Shown: positions 1 through 10,774, numbered from the stretch's first letter. The stretch is 64,000 bases of DNA from an uncultured Clostridium sp. (GCA_947575605.1 CANPNZ010000002.1:31020-95019), one strand, 5' to 3'. The notes: generated from the sequence alone by a model not told the origin. A program made the numbers and translations.

Positions 1-70
1 GAAATGTGCAAGCGGTTATGGATGGCGAAATTGATGCTTTTATGGAAAGCTTTTTAAAAATGAAATTATA

Positions 71-312
71 ATAAGTTAACTCTAACACTTTATTAAATTA
101 TAAAAAATAAAACTATAAAAATTAAAAAAGGTGAATGGAAAATAATTGAACTAGAACTTTTTAATTTATTTTATGGAAATAGTTCACGCTTGACGTGAAA
201 GGGAGCCATAAAATAAATTTAAAAGTTCTGTGAAAATTAGTTTGACCGAACATTTTTTAATTTTTATAGTTTTATTTTCTATATTTGTTAAAATGATAAG
301 TATTAACTTATA
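71..312. repeat. Family A palindromic structured repeat (~245 nt), copy 1, with outward -35/-10-like TTGACC-17-TATAGT at 242-270
   Basis: About 80 % identical to 20045-20300. Terminal inverted repeats ataagttaa/ttaacttat and aaaactataaaaatt/aatttttatagtttt. Nested hairpins preserved between copies by compensatory base changes. Confidence 0.6.
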
Positions 313-395
313 ATCACAAAAGAGATTCTTGCATACAATATAGAGAGTAGATTTAAAATAAAATCAGCTCTCTATATTATTTTTACAAAAGGCGA

Positions 396-1379
396 GTGAT
401 TAAGGTGGACACAATCGTATTAAAATTTGGAGGTAGTTCAGTTGCTGACAATGAAAAATTGAAATTAGTTGCCGAAAGAATTATCGGTTTATATAAAAAA
501 GGTCATAACATTGTAGTAGTTGTTTCTGCTCAAGGAAAAACAACAGACAAATTAATTTCGGAAGCAAAAGAGCTTTCAAAAGATACAGAAGACAGAGAAA
601 TGGATGCATTACTTAGTACAGGGGAACAAATGTCAACTGCCAAATTAAGCATATTATTAAATCAAATGGGATATAAAGCGATTTCTTTAACTGGATGGCA
701 AGCAGGAATTTATACCAATAATACCAATCAAAATGCCATTATCAAATGTATTGATACAGCAAGAATTAGAAAAGAATTAGAAAATAGAAAAATTGTCATT
801 ATAGCAGGATTTCAAGGAATGAATGAAAACATGGATATTACCACATTGGGAAGAGGAGGCTCTGACACAACAGCAGTAGCCATAGCAGCAGCATTAGGAG
901 CTAAAAATTGCTATATTTTCTCTGATGTAGATGGCGTTTATACAACTGACCCTAATCGATTAGAAGGAGCCAAAAAGTTGTCAGCACTTTCTTATGAAGA
1001 AATGCTTACTTTATCTAGTGAAGGGGCTAAAGTCCTTCATAATCGATGTGTAGAAATAGGCGAAAAGTTTAAGGTACCTATTATTACAAAATCTACCTTC
1101 AATAATAAGCCGGGAACGGTCATATCTGATATTATTGAAGAAAATACCATAAAAAGTATTGTTAAAAAAGATATTTCTAGGATTTCCATTGTAGGCAATG
1201 GTATTATTAGAAACTTTCAAAATATTAAGCTAGTATTAGATATTATTGAAAAAAATAAATTAGAAATGTTAGATTTTGAAGTATCAGAATGTAAAATTTC
1301 AATTAGTTTTAAAAACCAAGTATCTGACAAAATATTAGATGAAATTCATTTGAAATTAATTAATGAAGTTAATATTTAG
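396..1379 (+). CDS. aspartate kinase (short form with C-terminal ACT domain)
   Basis: KFGGSSV amino-acid-kinase motif; VVVVSAQGKTTDKLI; C-terminal ISIVGNG ACT-like segment. Confidence 0.65.
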   Translation: MIKVDTIVLKFGGSSVADNEKLKLVAERIIGLYKKGHNIVVVVSAQGKTTDKLISEAKELSKDTEDREMDALLSTGEQMSTAKLSILLNQMGYKAISLTGWQAGIYTNNTNQNAIIKCIDTARIRKELENRKIVIIAGFQGMNENMDITTLGRGGSDTTAVAIAAALGAKNCYIFSDVDGVYTTDPNRLEGAKKLSALSYEEMLTLSSEGAKVLHNRCVEIGEKFKVPIITKSTFNNKPGTVISDIIEENTIKSIVKKDISRISIVGNGIIRNFQNIKLVLDIIEKNKLEMLDFEVSECKISISFKNQVSDKILDEIHLKLINEVNI

Positions 1380-1534
1380 GAAATTCAAGTTATAAAAAAT
1401 GTAAAAAATTACAATATAAAGGAAAACTTTTATCAAGTTTTCCTTTTTTCGTTCTAAATAAGGCAAGCCGTGAATATATATAATTTAGCAAGAAAAATTT
1501 GCAATTTAAAGAATTTCAAATAGGAGGCAAAAAA

Positions 1535-1831
1535 ATGACAATAGAGGAAAGAAAAAGCATAAGCACAGGAGTCATTCAAAATCTTATTTTAGAAAATAGA
1601 GGAAAGTTAAGTATATCTGGTGTTTTAGATGTACTAAGCTTTGATGATCAAGTAGTTATCTTAGAAACAGAATTAGGACTATTAACCGTAAAAGGTGAAA
1701 ATATTAGAATTAATAAATTAAGTATTGATACATCAGAAGTTATTGTGGAAGGAGATATTTCTTCTTTAATTTATAGCGATAAAGAAAGTGAAAAAACAAA
1801 AGGAACTTTTATGAGTAAAATTTTTAAATAG
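1535..1831 (+). CDS. yabP: sporulation protein YabP
   Basis: AGGAGG RBS 7 nt before ATG at 1535; YabP-like sequence (SISGVLDVLSFDD...LTVKGENI). Confidence 0.8.
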   Translation: MTIEERKSISTGVIQNLILENRGKLSISGVLDVLSFDDQVVILETELGLLTVKGENIRINKLSIDTSEVIVEGDISSLIYSDKESEKTKGTFMSKIFK

Positions 1832-1850
1832 AGTAGGGAGGAGTCAAGTA

Positions 1851-2336
1851 ATGATTTCAAATCAAGCATATTTATTTTTTGTTTTTATCGTAAACGGCAT
1901 AATAATTGGTCTATTATTTGACTTTTTCAGAATTGCTAGAAAAGTGTTTCACACAAACGATGTAGTAACGTATATAGAAGACATTTTATTTTGGATTTTA
2001 GCAGGAGTTATCATGTTATATTCTATCTTTGTATTCAACAATGGTGAATTACGATTATTTATGTTTTTAGGAATTATACTAGGAGCTTTTATTTATATGC
2101 TATTTGTAAGTTCATACATTATAAAAATTAATGTAAAAATAATTACAATGTTAAAAAAGGTTTTTGGAATCTTATTCACTCCGTTTAAAATGATTTACCA
2201 AATGTTACACAAAATACTTTTAAAACCAATTACATTTCTATTTATCAATATTAGAAAAAATTTTACAAATTTCGGGACAAAAATAGGTAAAACTTTAAAA
2301 ATGCCAAAAAAGACGAAGAATATTGTAAAAAATTGA
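1851..2336 (+). CDS. yabQ: spore cortex biosynthesis membrane protein YabQ
   Basis: GGGAGG RBS; polytopic membrane protein immediately after yabP, the conserved yabP-yabQ-divIC order. Confidence 0.7.
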   Translation: MISNQAYLFFVFIVNGIIIGLLFDFFRIARKVFHTNDVVTYIEDILFWILAGVIMLYSIFVFNNGELRLFMFLGIILGAFIYMLFVSSYIIKINVKIITMLKKVFGILFTPFKMIYQMLHKILLKPITFLFINIRKNFTNFGTKIGKTLKMPKKTKNIVKN

Positions 2337-2409
2337 AAATAAAAGAAGGAAAACTCGAAAATATGTAGAATATATAAATGTATAATCCATAAGGATTTAT
2401 CACAGAAAA

Positions 2410-2700
2410 ATGGAGAGATTACAGATGAAGAAAAACAAAAAAATATATAAAAGATTACTGATATTAGGAATTGCTATTTATGTAATTTTTACTTTAGTCA
2501 ATCAACAAAAAACATTAAATCAGTATATAGCAGATGGTAACGAATTAGCTTCTAAAATTGAAGAGCAAAAAGAATATAAAGAAGAATTAGCAAAGAAAAA
2601 AGAGGATGTAACATCATTAGACTATATCGAACAAACAGCTAGAGAAAAGCTAGATATGTATTATCCCAATGAAAGAGTATATGTAGATAGAGGAATGTAA
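2410..2700 (+). CDS. divIC: septum formation initiator (DivIC/FtsB family)
   Basis: N-terminal TM then coiled coil; conserved position after yabQ. Confidence 0.7.
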   Translation: MERLQMKKNKKIYKRLLILGIAIYVIFTLVNQQKTLNQYIADGNELASKIEEQKEYKEELAKKKEDVTSLDYIEQTAREKLDMYYPNERVYVDRGM

Positions 2701-2842
2701 TGATAAATTATATTCCTTTTTTTGGAAAAAATATTCCTTTTTTTAAAAATCTGTGTTATAATTACTATACTATTATTTATTATTTCGTTTTCAAAAATTC
2801 CCATAAAAATATAAATTAAATAGAAAGAATAAGGAGGACTTT

Positions 2843-4195
2843 ATGTTAGACATAGAATCAATGACTTTACTAGAATTAAAAGAACTAGCAAAAGAAAATA
2901 ATATTAAAAATATTTCGAAATTAAAAAAAGATGAATTAATAACCGTTTTAAAACAAATTACCAACCAACCAGAAACAAACATGGAAGAGTTAGAAAGAAT
3001 AGAAGAGACAGATAAACCAGAAAGACAATATGATGCTAATGGAGAACCTATTGTAGATTATAAGTTAACAAGCGATGGTGACGAAATAGTAGAGGGAATA
3101 TTAGATATTTTACCAGATGGATATGGATTTTTAAGGGGAGAAAATTTCTTATCTAGTGATAAAGATGTCTATATATCAATGGTTCAAATTAGAAGATTTC
3201 GATTAGATACAGGAGATATTATAAAAGGTATATCCAGATTTAGAGAAGGAGAGAAATTCCCATCTTTAATTTTTGTTGGTGAAGTAAATGGAGAACATCC
3301 AGAAAAAGCCATGAAAAGAAGAAGATTTGATGAATTAACGCCAATCTATCCAAATGAAAGATTGAAATTAGAAACGATATCAAATGATTATGCTACTAGA
3401 ATGATTGATTTAATGAGTCCTATTGGAAAAGGGCAGAGGGGAATGATTGTAGCACAACCTAAAGTTGGAAAAACCACATTAATGAAAAAGGTTGCTAACA
3501 GTATTGCTAAGAACAATCCCGAAGTGGAATTGATTGTATTATTAATTGATGAAAGACCTGAAGAAGTAACGGATATGAAGCGTTCTATTAAAGGTCAAGT
3601 AATTCATTCTACATTTGATGAATTGCCAGAACATCATGTAAAAGTAGCTGAAATGGTGTTAGAACGTGCTAAAAGATTAGTGGAACAGGGGAAAGATGTT
3701 GTTATTTTATTGGATAGTATTACAAGACTTACAAGAGCTTATAACTTAGTTATCCCTTCTTCAGGAAGAACTTTGTCAGGTGGTATTGATCCAGCTTCTC
3801 TACACAAACCTAAAAAATTCTTTGGTGCTGCTAGAAATATTGAGTTTGGAGGAAGTTTAACAATTTTAGCTACGTCATTAATTGATACAGGAAGTAGAAT
3901 GGATGATGTTATTTTTGAAGAATTCAAAGGAACTGGTAATATGGAAGTTCATTTGGATCGAAAATTGTCTGAAAGAAGAATTTTTCCTGCTATTGATATT
4001 AATAAATCTGGTACCAGAAGAGAAGATTTATTACTAACACCAAAGGAAAAAGATACCGTTTTTGCTTTGAGAAAAGCTATGAATAGTATGCCAGTAGCTG
4101 ATGTAACGGAACAAGTTATTAGCCATATGACACAATCTAAAAATAATGATGAATTTATTGAACAAATGGATAGCTATCTGAGAAGATTTAAATAA
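2843..4195 (+). CDS. rho: transcription termination factor Rho
   Basis: Rho N-terminal domain, RNA-binding OB region and P-loop ([11 protein letters not shown]); full length. Confidence 0.95.
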   Translation: MLDIESMTLLELKELAKENNIKNISKLKKDELITVLKQITNQPETNMEELERIEETDKPERQYDANGEPIVDYKLTSDGDEIVEGILDILPDGYGFLRGENFLSSDKDVYISMVQIRRFRLDTGDIIKGISRFREGEKFPSLIFVGEVNGEHPEKAMKRRRFDELTPIYPNERLKLETISNDYATRMIDLMSPIGKGQRGMIVAQPKVGKTTLMKKVANSIAKNNPEVELIVLLIDERPEEVTDMKRSIKGQVIHSTFDELPEHHVKVAEMVLERAKRLVEQGKDVVILLDSITRLTRAYNLVIPSSGRTLSGGIDPASLHKPKKFFGAARNIEFGGSLTILATSLIDTGSRMDDVIFEEFKGTGNMEVHLDRKLSERRIFPAIDINKSGTRREDLLLTPKEKDTVFALRKAMNSMPVADVTEQVISHMTQSKNNDEFIEQMDSYLRRFK

Positions 4196-4242
4196 AATAT
4201 TGAGATTATAACAGATTTGTAATTTTATAAAATTTATGATAT

Positions 4243-4280
4243 ACTATTGTCAAGATATAAAAGGCAATAGTGTTTTTTTT
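4243..4280 (+). terminator. intrinsic terminator after rho
   Basis: Stem CTATTGTC/GCAATAG followed by T8. Confidence 0.6.
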
Positions 4281-4294
4281 GAAAGGAGAATAAT

Positions 4295-4501
4295 ATGAGA
4301 GAAAAATTTTTTTCATGTTACGATGAAGTTTTCGATGAATATGGAAATATTAAGAGTTGTGGGCGGGAGAACTGCATCCGGCTCATAGAAGCAGCAGAAA
4401 GTTTACCTGGCACTAGGTCAGGCCAATTTGGTTCGAACCAAACAGGCTTTATGGATAAACAGGAAATTTTTAAATTATATATAACTCTGATTCTGGATTG
4501 A
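4295..4501 (+). CDS. small hypothetical protein (68 aa, 3 Cys)
   Basis: Strong RBS AAAGGAGAA 8 nt upstream of the ATG. Followed by a 13-bp-stem hairpin at 4522-4573. Confidence 0.4.
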   Translation: MREKFFSCYDEVFDEYGNIKSCGRENCIRLIEAAESLPGTRSGQFGSNQTGFMDKQEIFKLYITLILD

Positions 4502-4862
4502 ACCAAGTCAAGTAATATACCAAAACTCCCCTCTTGTTGAAGTAAAAAATCACAGGAGAGGAGTTTTGGTACTATTCTAAATAATATTTTAAAGTTTCTC
4601 ATGGGAAACCAAATACGTGATATTATCTCAATAGGAGATGATATCATGAATTATTATAAAAAAAGTAAGAAGATATTTAAGGAAAAAATAAAAGAAAATA
4701 GAAATATTAGTAAAGTGGAATGGGATGAATTCGCTCAAGAAAACTCTTTATTTAGTGCTAATACCTTAATGTTTCATGTTGACGCTAAATCTTTTGAAAA
4801 TTTAAAAGAAAAACTTTCATAAAAATTAAAGAAAATGCAAATACTAAAGATGAGGGATTTTT

Positions 4863-5063
4863 ATGAGAGTAGAAATATTGATAAGGCAAAAGAGACAAGA
4901 AAAAGATTACACAATAGATAAATTAGCAGAACTTGCGAATATGTCTAAAGGACATTTAAGTAGAATAGAAAGAGGAGAAACAGAACCAACAATAAGCACT
5001 TTAGTAAGAGTGGCAATGGCATTAAAAGTTAAAGTAGAAGAATTATATAAAATACATTATTAA
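4863..5063 (+). CDS. XRE-family helix-turn-helix transcriptional regulator (Cro/CI-like, 66 aa)
   Basis: DKLAELANMSKGHLSRIERGETEPTISTLVRVAMAL is a typical HTH_3 signature. Confidence 0.75.
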   Translation: MRVEILIRQKRQEKDYTIDKLAELANMSKGHLSRIERGETEPTISTLVRVAMALKVKVEELYKIHY

Positions 5064-5404
5064 TTATATTTAATAGTGTATTTTTTATTTTATATAATTT
5101 GAAAGAAAGATATAAAATAAAAAATACAACATTGCACAAAATCAAAGTTTTGTGAAAAGAGAAATAGGATCAAAATAGAATTATACGAATATAGTCATAT
5201 TTCCTATATTAGCTACTCTCAAGCTTATTTTTAACAACAAACTTATTCATTACTAATAAAAACTCCTTAAAATTGATTCTGAAGCTTCGTTTATTTTAGT
5301 TTATACCAGGTTTTATTATTATCATAAATTATACATTATTTATATAAATTTTTATACAAATAATGTATAATTTTATCAAATTTCGCAAAATCCTTGTATT
5401 TCAA

Positions 5405-5560
5405 TAATTATACCATTTTTATAGACAGCAAACTATATGTCTATTTTTTTAAAACGGCTTAAAATCGATTCTCGTGCTTCGTTTTTTTACACTTTTTCAG
5501 CTACTTTAATAAAACTACTTATTATCAGCATTTTATAGCATTTTAGTAAATTTGTATTAG
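5405..5560. repeat. ~140-nt intergenic repeat E (also at 7040-7195; partial at 5225-5300)
   Basis: Direct sequence comparison; shared core aaaacggcttaaaatcgattctcgtgNNtcgttttttt plus flanks. Confidence 0.7.
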
Positions 5561-6210
5561 ATATAATACTATATGAAGAATATCTATACAAAATTAGACA
5601 TGTAATTTATTGATTAAATATAAAAATGTCTTAAAAACGATTTTAGAGCTTCATAAATATAAAATATTTTATTAGCATATATATTACAAATTCTAATAAT
5701 AAATTTAGAAATATTAATACAAAATTATTAATTGTATATATATAAAGTAAATTATAACAAGTGTTCGTTTTTTGAAAAGTCATATTATAAATTAACTTTG
5801 CACAAAATGAAAATTCTAAATAACATCTTTCCCCTACTCTACTTAATTTTATTAAATTTATTCTTTTATATTTTCTTACTGTTGTAGTGGTTGATTAGAC
5901 ATTGCTTAAAGTAAATGAATAAATTTCTTTATTTTTCTGTTATATGTATCAAGTAACAACAATACAATAAATATAGTATATTTTATGTATTGTTTACTAA
6001 GATACTATAGATTTAACTCAGTATAATATTGTATAAAAATTCCCCTTAAAATAGTCTATTTTTTCCTCCTCCATAACTAGTTTTATAAAATGTAAATTAC
6101 AAAAGTAGTAGACATATTTATGTATATATGGTATAATGACTTCATTCATCTATGTACTAAGAGATGAAATAAAGGCACTAATAAATTAGACATCATTAGG
6201 AGGCGAAAAA

Positions 6211-6825
6211 ATGGAAGATTTACTAAACAAAAGTACTCAAACTTTATTATGTGAGTTTTGGGATTTTTCAGAAAAAACGGAAGAATTACTAAAACAACTT
6301 GATGTATCAGTGAAATTGCCTATTGATATTCAGAATTTTGCTAAGAAATTAGGACTTAGCATAGAAGATGCAAATCTTATTCCTTTTTCTGAACGGCACT
6401 ATGGATATATCAATCAAAACACCATAACAATAAAGGCAAATTTAATCTACAAAGAAAAAAGGTGGGTAATTGCCAAATCTATAGCAAGCTTCTTGATTCA
6501 CGAAAATAAAGTTAAAGAAGGACTGCTTATAGCTAATCCGTTTTTAGTTAGTTATAAGCCTGCTGAGTTTTACTTGGATTCATTAGCAATGTTGATTTTA
6601 TTTCCTATATCTCTATTTAAGAAAGAAGTTTCTGAAAATATTGATGAGACAAATGACTTATTGCAATATTTAAGTGATAAATCACAAATATCACAATTTC
6701 AAATGTCAATAGGATATCAACTCCTAAAGCAAATGCTTTGGTTTCAAAGAAACCAGTCTTTTAAAGAATGTAATTATGATATTACACAAGTTTCAGTTGA
6801 CCAATATGAGAATATCTTCGTTTAA
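6211..6825 (+). CDS. hypothetical protein (possible degenerate ImmA/IrrE-like partner of the XRE regulator)
   Basis: ORF with RBS GGAGG; no canonical HEXXH motif; positional inference only. Confidence 0.3.
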   Translation: MEDLLNKSTQTLLCEFWDFSEKTEELLKQLDVSVKLPIDIQNFAKKLGLSIEDANLIPFSERHYGYINQNTITIKANLIYKEKRWVIAKSIASFLIHENKVKEGLLIANPFLVSYKPAEFYLDSLAMLILFPISLFKKEVSENIDETNDLLQYLSDKSQISQFQMSIGYQLLKQMLWFQRNQSFKECNYDITQVSVDQYENIFV

Positions 6826-7039
6826 TCTCTCATCATATTCAAAAATTTTTGGATATTCTAAACAAGAGCCACTTTTAGCTATAAGCTAAGAATGGCTCTT
6901 ATTCTATTCTATTTTAAGAATCTATATGTTTGGTGTCTATTATGTAAATTTTGTGCAAATAGAGATAGGAGCAAAAATAGAACCATGTAATATGGTCCTA
7001 TCTTCATAAATCTTGCTATTCCTTGCCATTATGCCTATT

Positions 7040-7195
7040 TCAGCTTATTATTCTAACAACAAACTATATGCTTAATATTTAAAAACGGCTTAAAATCGAT
7101 TCTCGTGTGTCGTTTTTTTAGACTTTTTTCAGCACTTTTAATAGATGCCTAAAAATTAGCATTTTACTAAAATTATATTATAAAGATTATATTTC
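7040..7195. repeat. intergenic repeat E, second copy
   Basis: About 85 % identical to 5405-5560. Confidence 0.7.
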
Positions 7196-7466
7196 ATAAA
7201 ATACACATCAAATTTAAAACATATAATTATACAAAAATTTTATTTAAAAAATGTATTTTAAAATTTCTATTTTCTCTAAAATAGCTTATTCCCCATTCCC
7301 TACTCATTTTGCTATATTTATGAAAAATTGTTTATATAACTTTTAAGTTCTTTTTTTGCTTAATTTCGCTAAAATCTTTACTTAATATTAGATTTTCCTA
7401 GAATATCCTCTCTCCTACATATTTATCTATATTCTTTTCGATAGTTTATAAATATTTTTTTATTTA

Positions 7467-8528
7467 CTAGTTATCTGACAATAATTTTATCAACCTTGTA
7501 TTTTTATATATCTTTTCTCTACCGATTTTTTCAGATTCTAAAAGATCGATTTCTTCTAGTTGATTTAAATATGAAGTTGCAGTAATTCTTGTAACATCAC
7601 ATGTTTTTTCTATATATGATATCTTTGTATAAACTTCATAGAATAAACTTTCTAATAGTTCTTTTGAGTAAATTTTAGGTAGTTTATTTCTAAATTCTTC
7701 TTTGTAATTTTTTATTTCAGTTTGAATTTCTTCAATCAACGCTATTGTTTCTTTAGAAGTAATTTCAATACCTTTTAAAATATACAGAATCCAATCTTCA
7801 AAATTATTATTGTTTCTAACTTCATTAAATAATTTGTAATATTCTTGTCTAGTTTTATTTATGTATTTACTTAAGTATAGAATTGGGCTATCTATTAAGT
7901 TATTTAATACAAGATAAAGAATATTTAATATTCTTCCAGTTCTTCCATTTCCATCATAAAAAGGGTGAATACTTTCAAATTGATAGTGTATTAAGCATAC
8001 CTTTATTAACGGATCTATTCCATCCTCATTATCATTAATAAAATCTTCTAAATTCTTTAGATACTTTCTTATTTCTTGCTCACTTTGAGGAGGTGTATAT
8101 ATTGTTTCTCCAGTAATAGAATTCTTTAATTCTGTACCTGGTAGTTTTCTAATTCCAGCATTATTATGTTCAATAGTTCCTTGAATTTTAATTATAGTAT
8201 TTGTGTTTATAAAACTATCTTTTTTTATTTGCTCATATCCAAGCCAAATAGCATTTCTGTAATCTACAACTTCTTTTGCATTTTCTTCTTTATATCCACT
8301 CTCTGTAAGAACCTTATATATATCATCATGAGTAGTAACGATATTTTCAATAGCGCTACTATCTTTAGCTTCATTAATAGTTACAGCATTTATTAAAATG
8401 TGCATATTGGGAATAGTGTTTGCAAAACCTTTAAGTTCAGCTAATGCTCTTGATGATAAAGTTAATTGCTCTAAAATTTTATTCGTTTTTAAAATAGTAT
8501 TTTTATATGGTAACATTTCTAATTTCAT
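7467..8528 (-). CDS. Fic family protein (adenylyltransferase/AMPylase fold)
   Basis: Canonical Fic motif HPFYDGNGRTGR; GGAGG RBS before ATG at 8528. Confidence 0.85.
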   Translation of the reverse strand: MKLEMLPYKNTILKTNKILEQLTLSSRALAELKGFANTIPNMHILINAVTINEAKDSSAIENIVTTHDDIYKVLTESGYKEENAKEVVDYRNAIWLGYEQIKKDSFINTNTIIKIQGTIEHNNAGIRKLPGTELKNSITGETIYTPPQSEQEIRKYLKNLEDFINDNEDGIDPLIKVCLIHYQFESIHPFYDGNGRTGRILNILYLVLNNLIDSPILYLSKYINKTRQEYYKLFNEVRNNNNFEDWILYILKGIEITSKETIALIEEIQTEIKNYKEEFRNKLPKIYSKELLESLFYEVYTKISYIEKTCDVTRITATSYLNQLEEIDLLESEKIGREKIYKNTRLIKLLSDN

Positions 8529-8733
8529 AAATTTACCTCCACCTATATAAAATATCACATTTTTTATATATTTTCAATAAATGTGTATAAAAAAATTAAA
8601 AAATTATACATATTTTTTTGGTATGTATAATTTTTTGTGTCTATTATCAAAGTTTTGTGCAAATAAGAGTAGGAATATAAATATTTTTTCTATACATGAT
8701 ATCTAGTATATAGCTTTTCTTTTTGTAAAAACT

Positions 8734-9567
8734 TTATTTTTTTTGACTTTTAATTAACTTTGCATGCATTACTATTCTTTCATTCTTATTATGGCAGGTA
8801 GATAAAGTAAGTATTTTATTATTTGTATCTATTGTTGTTTTAAAATCATATATACTACGTTCTTTTATCTTATTCAAAAATTCTTTATATGAAGTCTCAT
8901 CTAAGAAATCTGTTTGAATATAGTCACTTGTAGTTGGAATACAATAAACACTAAATGCTTGCCATAAACTATTCTCATATTTGGTAGATACTCTAATTGC
9001 ATAATTATTTTTATTTTCATACCATGTATTATTTAATATATTCCCCAGAGAACCAAACATAGAGCCATCTTTCCTTGTATGCCCATATACTATAGTGTTT
9101 TTATCTAAATTTTTAATTGAATTACGATAATCCATAAAAATCCAACCTGCTTCATTTTTATATCTATTAAAGGAATGATTTAAGTAATATTTATTATCAG
9201 AATGTTGGACAATTGGATAATTTATATTAGTATTAGGTACAGAAATCCAAGCAACTATTTCTGGATTAGATTTTTCTAAATTAGAAAAATCTACTTCTAA
9301 ATAATTCATTTTTTTTAAATCCCAATAAGGATCTGAATCAAGTAGAGCTTTTTCATCAACCATTATTTCTTCATCTAGTACTTTTGTATTTTCTACTTCT
9401 GTTATAGCAACATCTTTTTCTATCTTATTTTCTTCTTTCTTAATATTATAATTATCATAAATCCAAAAAGCAATATGGAGAAAACTATACAAAATAATTA
9501 TAATAGCTAGAATGCTTACAAATACTAAAAAAGTCTTTCTGTTTTTTATAATTAACACTTTTTTCAT
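8734..9567 (-). CDS. srtB: class B sortase
   Basis: N-terminal TM; VYGHT and LTLSTC catalytic motifs; adjacent NPQT-type substrate. Confidence 0.8.
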   Translation of the reverse strand: MKKVLIIKNRKTFLVFVSILAIIIILYSFLHIAFWIYDNYNIKKEENKIEKDVAITEVENTKVLDEEIMVDEKALLDSDPYWDLKKMNYLEVDFSNLEKSNPEIVAWISVPNTNINYPIVQHSDNKYYLNHSFNRYKNEAGWIFMDYRNSIKNLDKNTIVYGHTRKDGSMFGSLGNILNNTWYENKNNYAIRVSTKYENSLWQAFSVYCIPTTSDYIQTDFLDETSYKEFLNKIKERSIYDFKTTIDTNNKILTLSTCHNKNERIVMHAKLIKSQKK

Positions 9568-9616
9568 CTAATACTCCTAAAAAGTTCTATGTTTTTTTAA
9601 CATAGAACTTTAAAAT

Positions 9617-10696
9617 CTAATTTTCTTTCTTTTTTAAAAATATATTACTTGCTATTAAAGTCGTCATTCCTAATCCTAATAATATTACATAAAATTGTAT
9701 ATTATCAAATGTTTGAGGATTTTCTTCATTAGCAAGATTCTTATTCGTTTTTGATATAGTATTTGAATTTACATTCAATTCTGTATCTTCTGTTGGTTGG
9801 CTTTGATTTATATTTTGATCAATATCTGGCTTTTGAGTATTAATTCCATATACTATATACTCTGATAAATGTGTTGTTGTAAATTCGATACTATTGTTAT
9901 TATAGGTAGTATTAAAGTTTTCTTGAATTTTTCCATCCTTTATATACCCTACTTTATATTCATCATATTTAGTATTTACTGGGATTCTTATTGTATAAGA
10001 ACCATTGTTCAATGGAACTAGTACATTTCCATTATACATAGCAATGTCATAAGAAACAATATAGCTATAACCTTCTTGTAATTCTATATTTTTATTATCT
10101 ACTTCTTTTACTTTTAAAGTATAACTTTTGTCCAATCTGGTACTACTTGTTAAAGTAATATTAGTTGTATTGTCGGTAAATACTTTTTTACCTGAAAGTT
10201 CTTCTAATATATCATATCGATTACTACTATTATATAAAGTATTTATTGCATTTTCAATTCCTGCTTGGTCTTGCCATGAAAATGTTTTGTCACCAATAAA
10301 TATGGTTGGTGTAGCATAGGAAACAGCTTGTTCATTAATTAATGTTTTGGCTGCATCCAGTAATCCATAATTTATTTTATTGTTTTTTACTTCATAACTA
10401 ATGATCTTTATTTTGTCACCATGACTTGAAAGTAAACTATTGGCAATATAATTTGTATATAAATTTTTACAATTTAAACATCCATCCCCTCGAAATATAT
10501 AAATGTTTACTCTTTTGCTATTAGGTGTATTGTATTTTGTCAAATCGTAGTTAGTAATACCTTCTATATTAAAGGTGGTTGCCAAATCTTCACTTGTATA
10601 TTTAGATAAGTCTGTCACAGCTGCATTTACTTTAAATGGAATTATAAAAACTAATGTTAACATTATTAAAATTATAATACTTATATTTTTTTTCAT
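9617..10696 (-). CDS. cell-wall-anchored surface protein with NPQTF sorting signal (sortase B substrate); contains a CLNC (CxxC) motif
   Basis: Signal peptide; C-terminal NPQTF, then hydrophobic segment, then KKKEN tail. Confidence 0.7.
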   Translation of the reverse strand: MKKNISIIILIMLTLVFIIPFKVNAAVTDLSKYTSEDLATTFNIEGITNYDLTKYNTPNSKRVNIYIFRGDGCLNCKNLYTNYIANSLLSSHGDKIKIISYEVKNNKINYGLLDAAKTLINEQAVSYATPTIFIGDKTFSWQDQAGIENAINTLYNSSNRYDILEELSGKKVFTDNTTNITLTSSTRLDKSYTLKVKEVDNKNIELQEGYSYIVSYDIAMYNGNVLVPLNNGSYTIRIPVNTKYDEYKVGYIKDGKIQENFNTTYNNNSIEFTTTHLSEYIVYGINTQKPDIDQNINQSQPTEDTELNVNSNTISKTNKNLANEENPQTFDNIQFYVILLGLGMTTLIASNIFLKKKEN

Positions 10697-10774
10697 TTCT
10701 TTTCCCCTTTCATTTTATAAGTATTTTACATAATAATTAGAATTTTGTCAATACATTATATTATATTTTAGTAT

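Noticed and set aside
71-312. Lysine riboswitch (L-box) upstream of aspartate kinase
   Set aside because: No AGAGGNGC/GAGG L-box hallmarks. An 80 % identical copy sits between convergent genes at 20045-20300, not upstream of a lysine gene.
4340-4470. Possible SRP (4.5S/scRNA) domain IV because of GAAGCAGC and AGGTCAGG strings
   Set aside because: The two motifs occur in the opposite 5'-3' order to SRP RNA on both strands, and the genomic context (after rho) is not where ffs lies.
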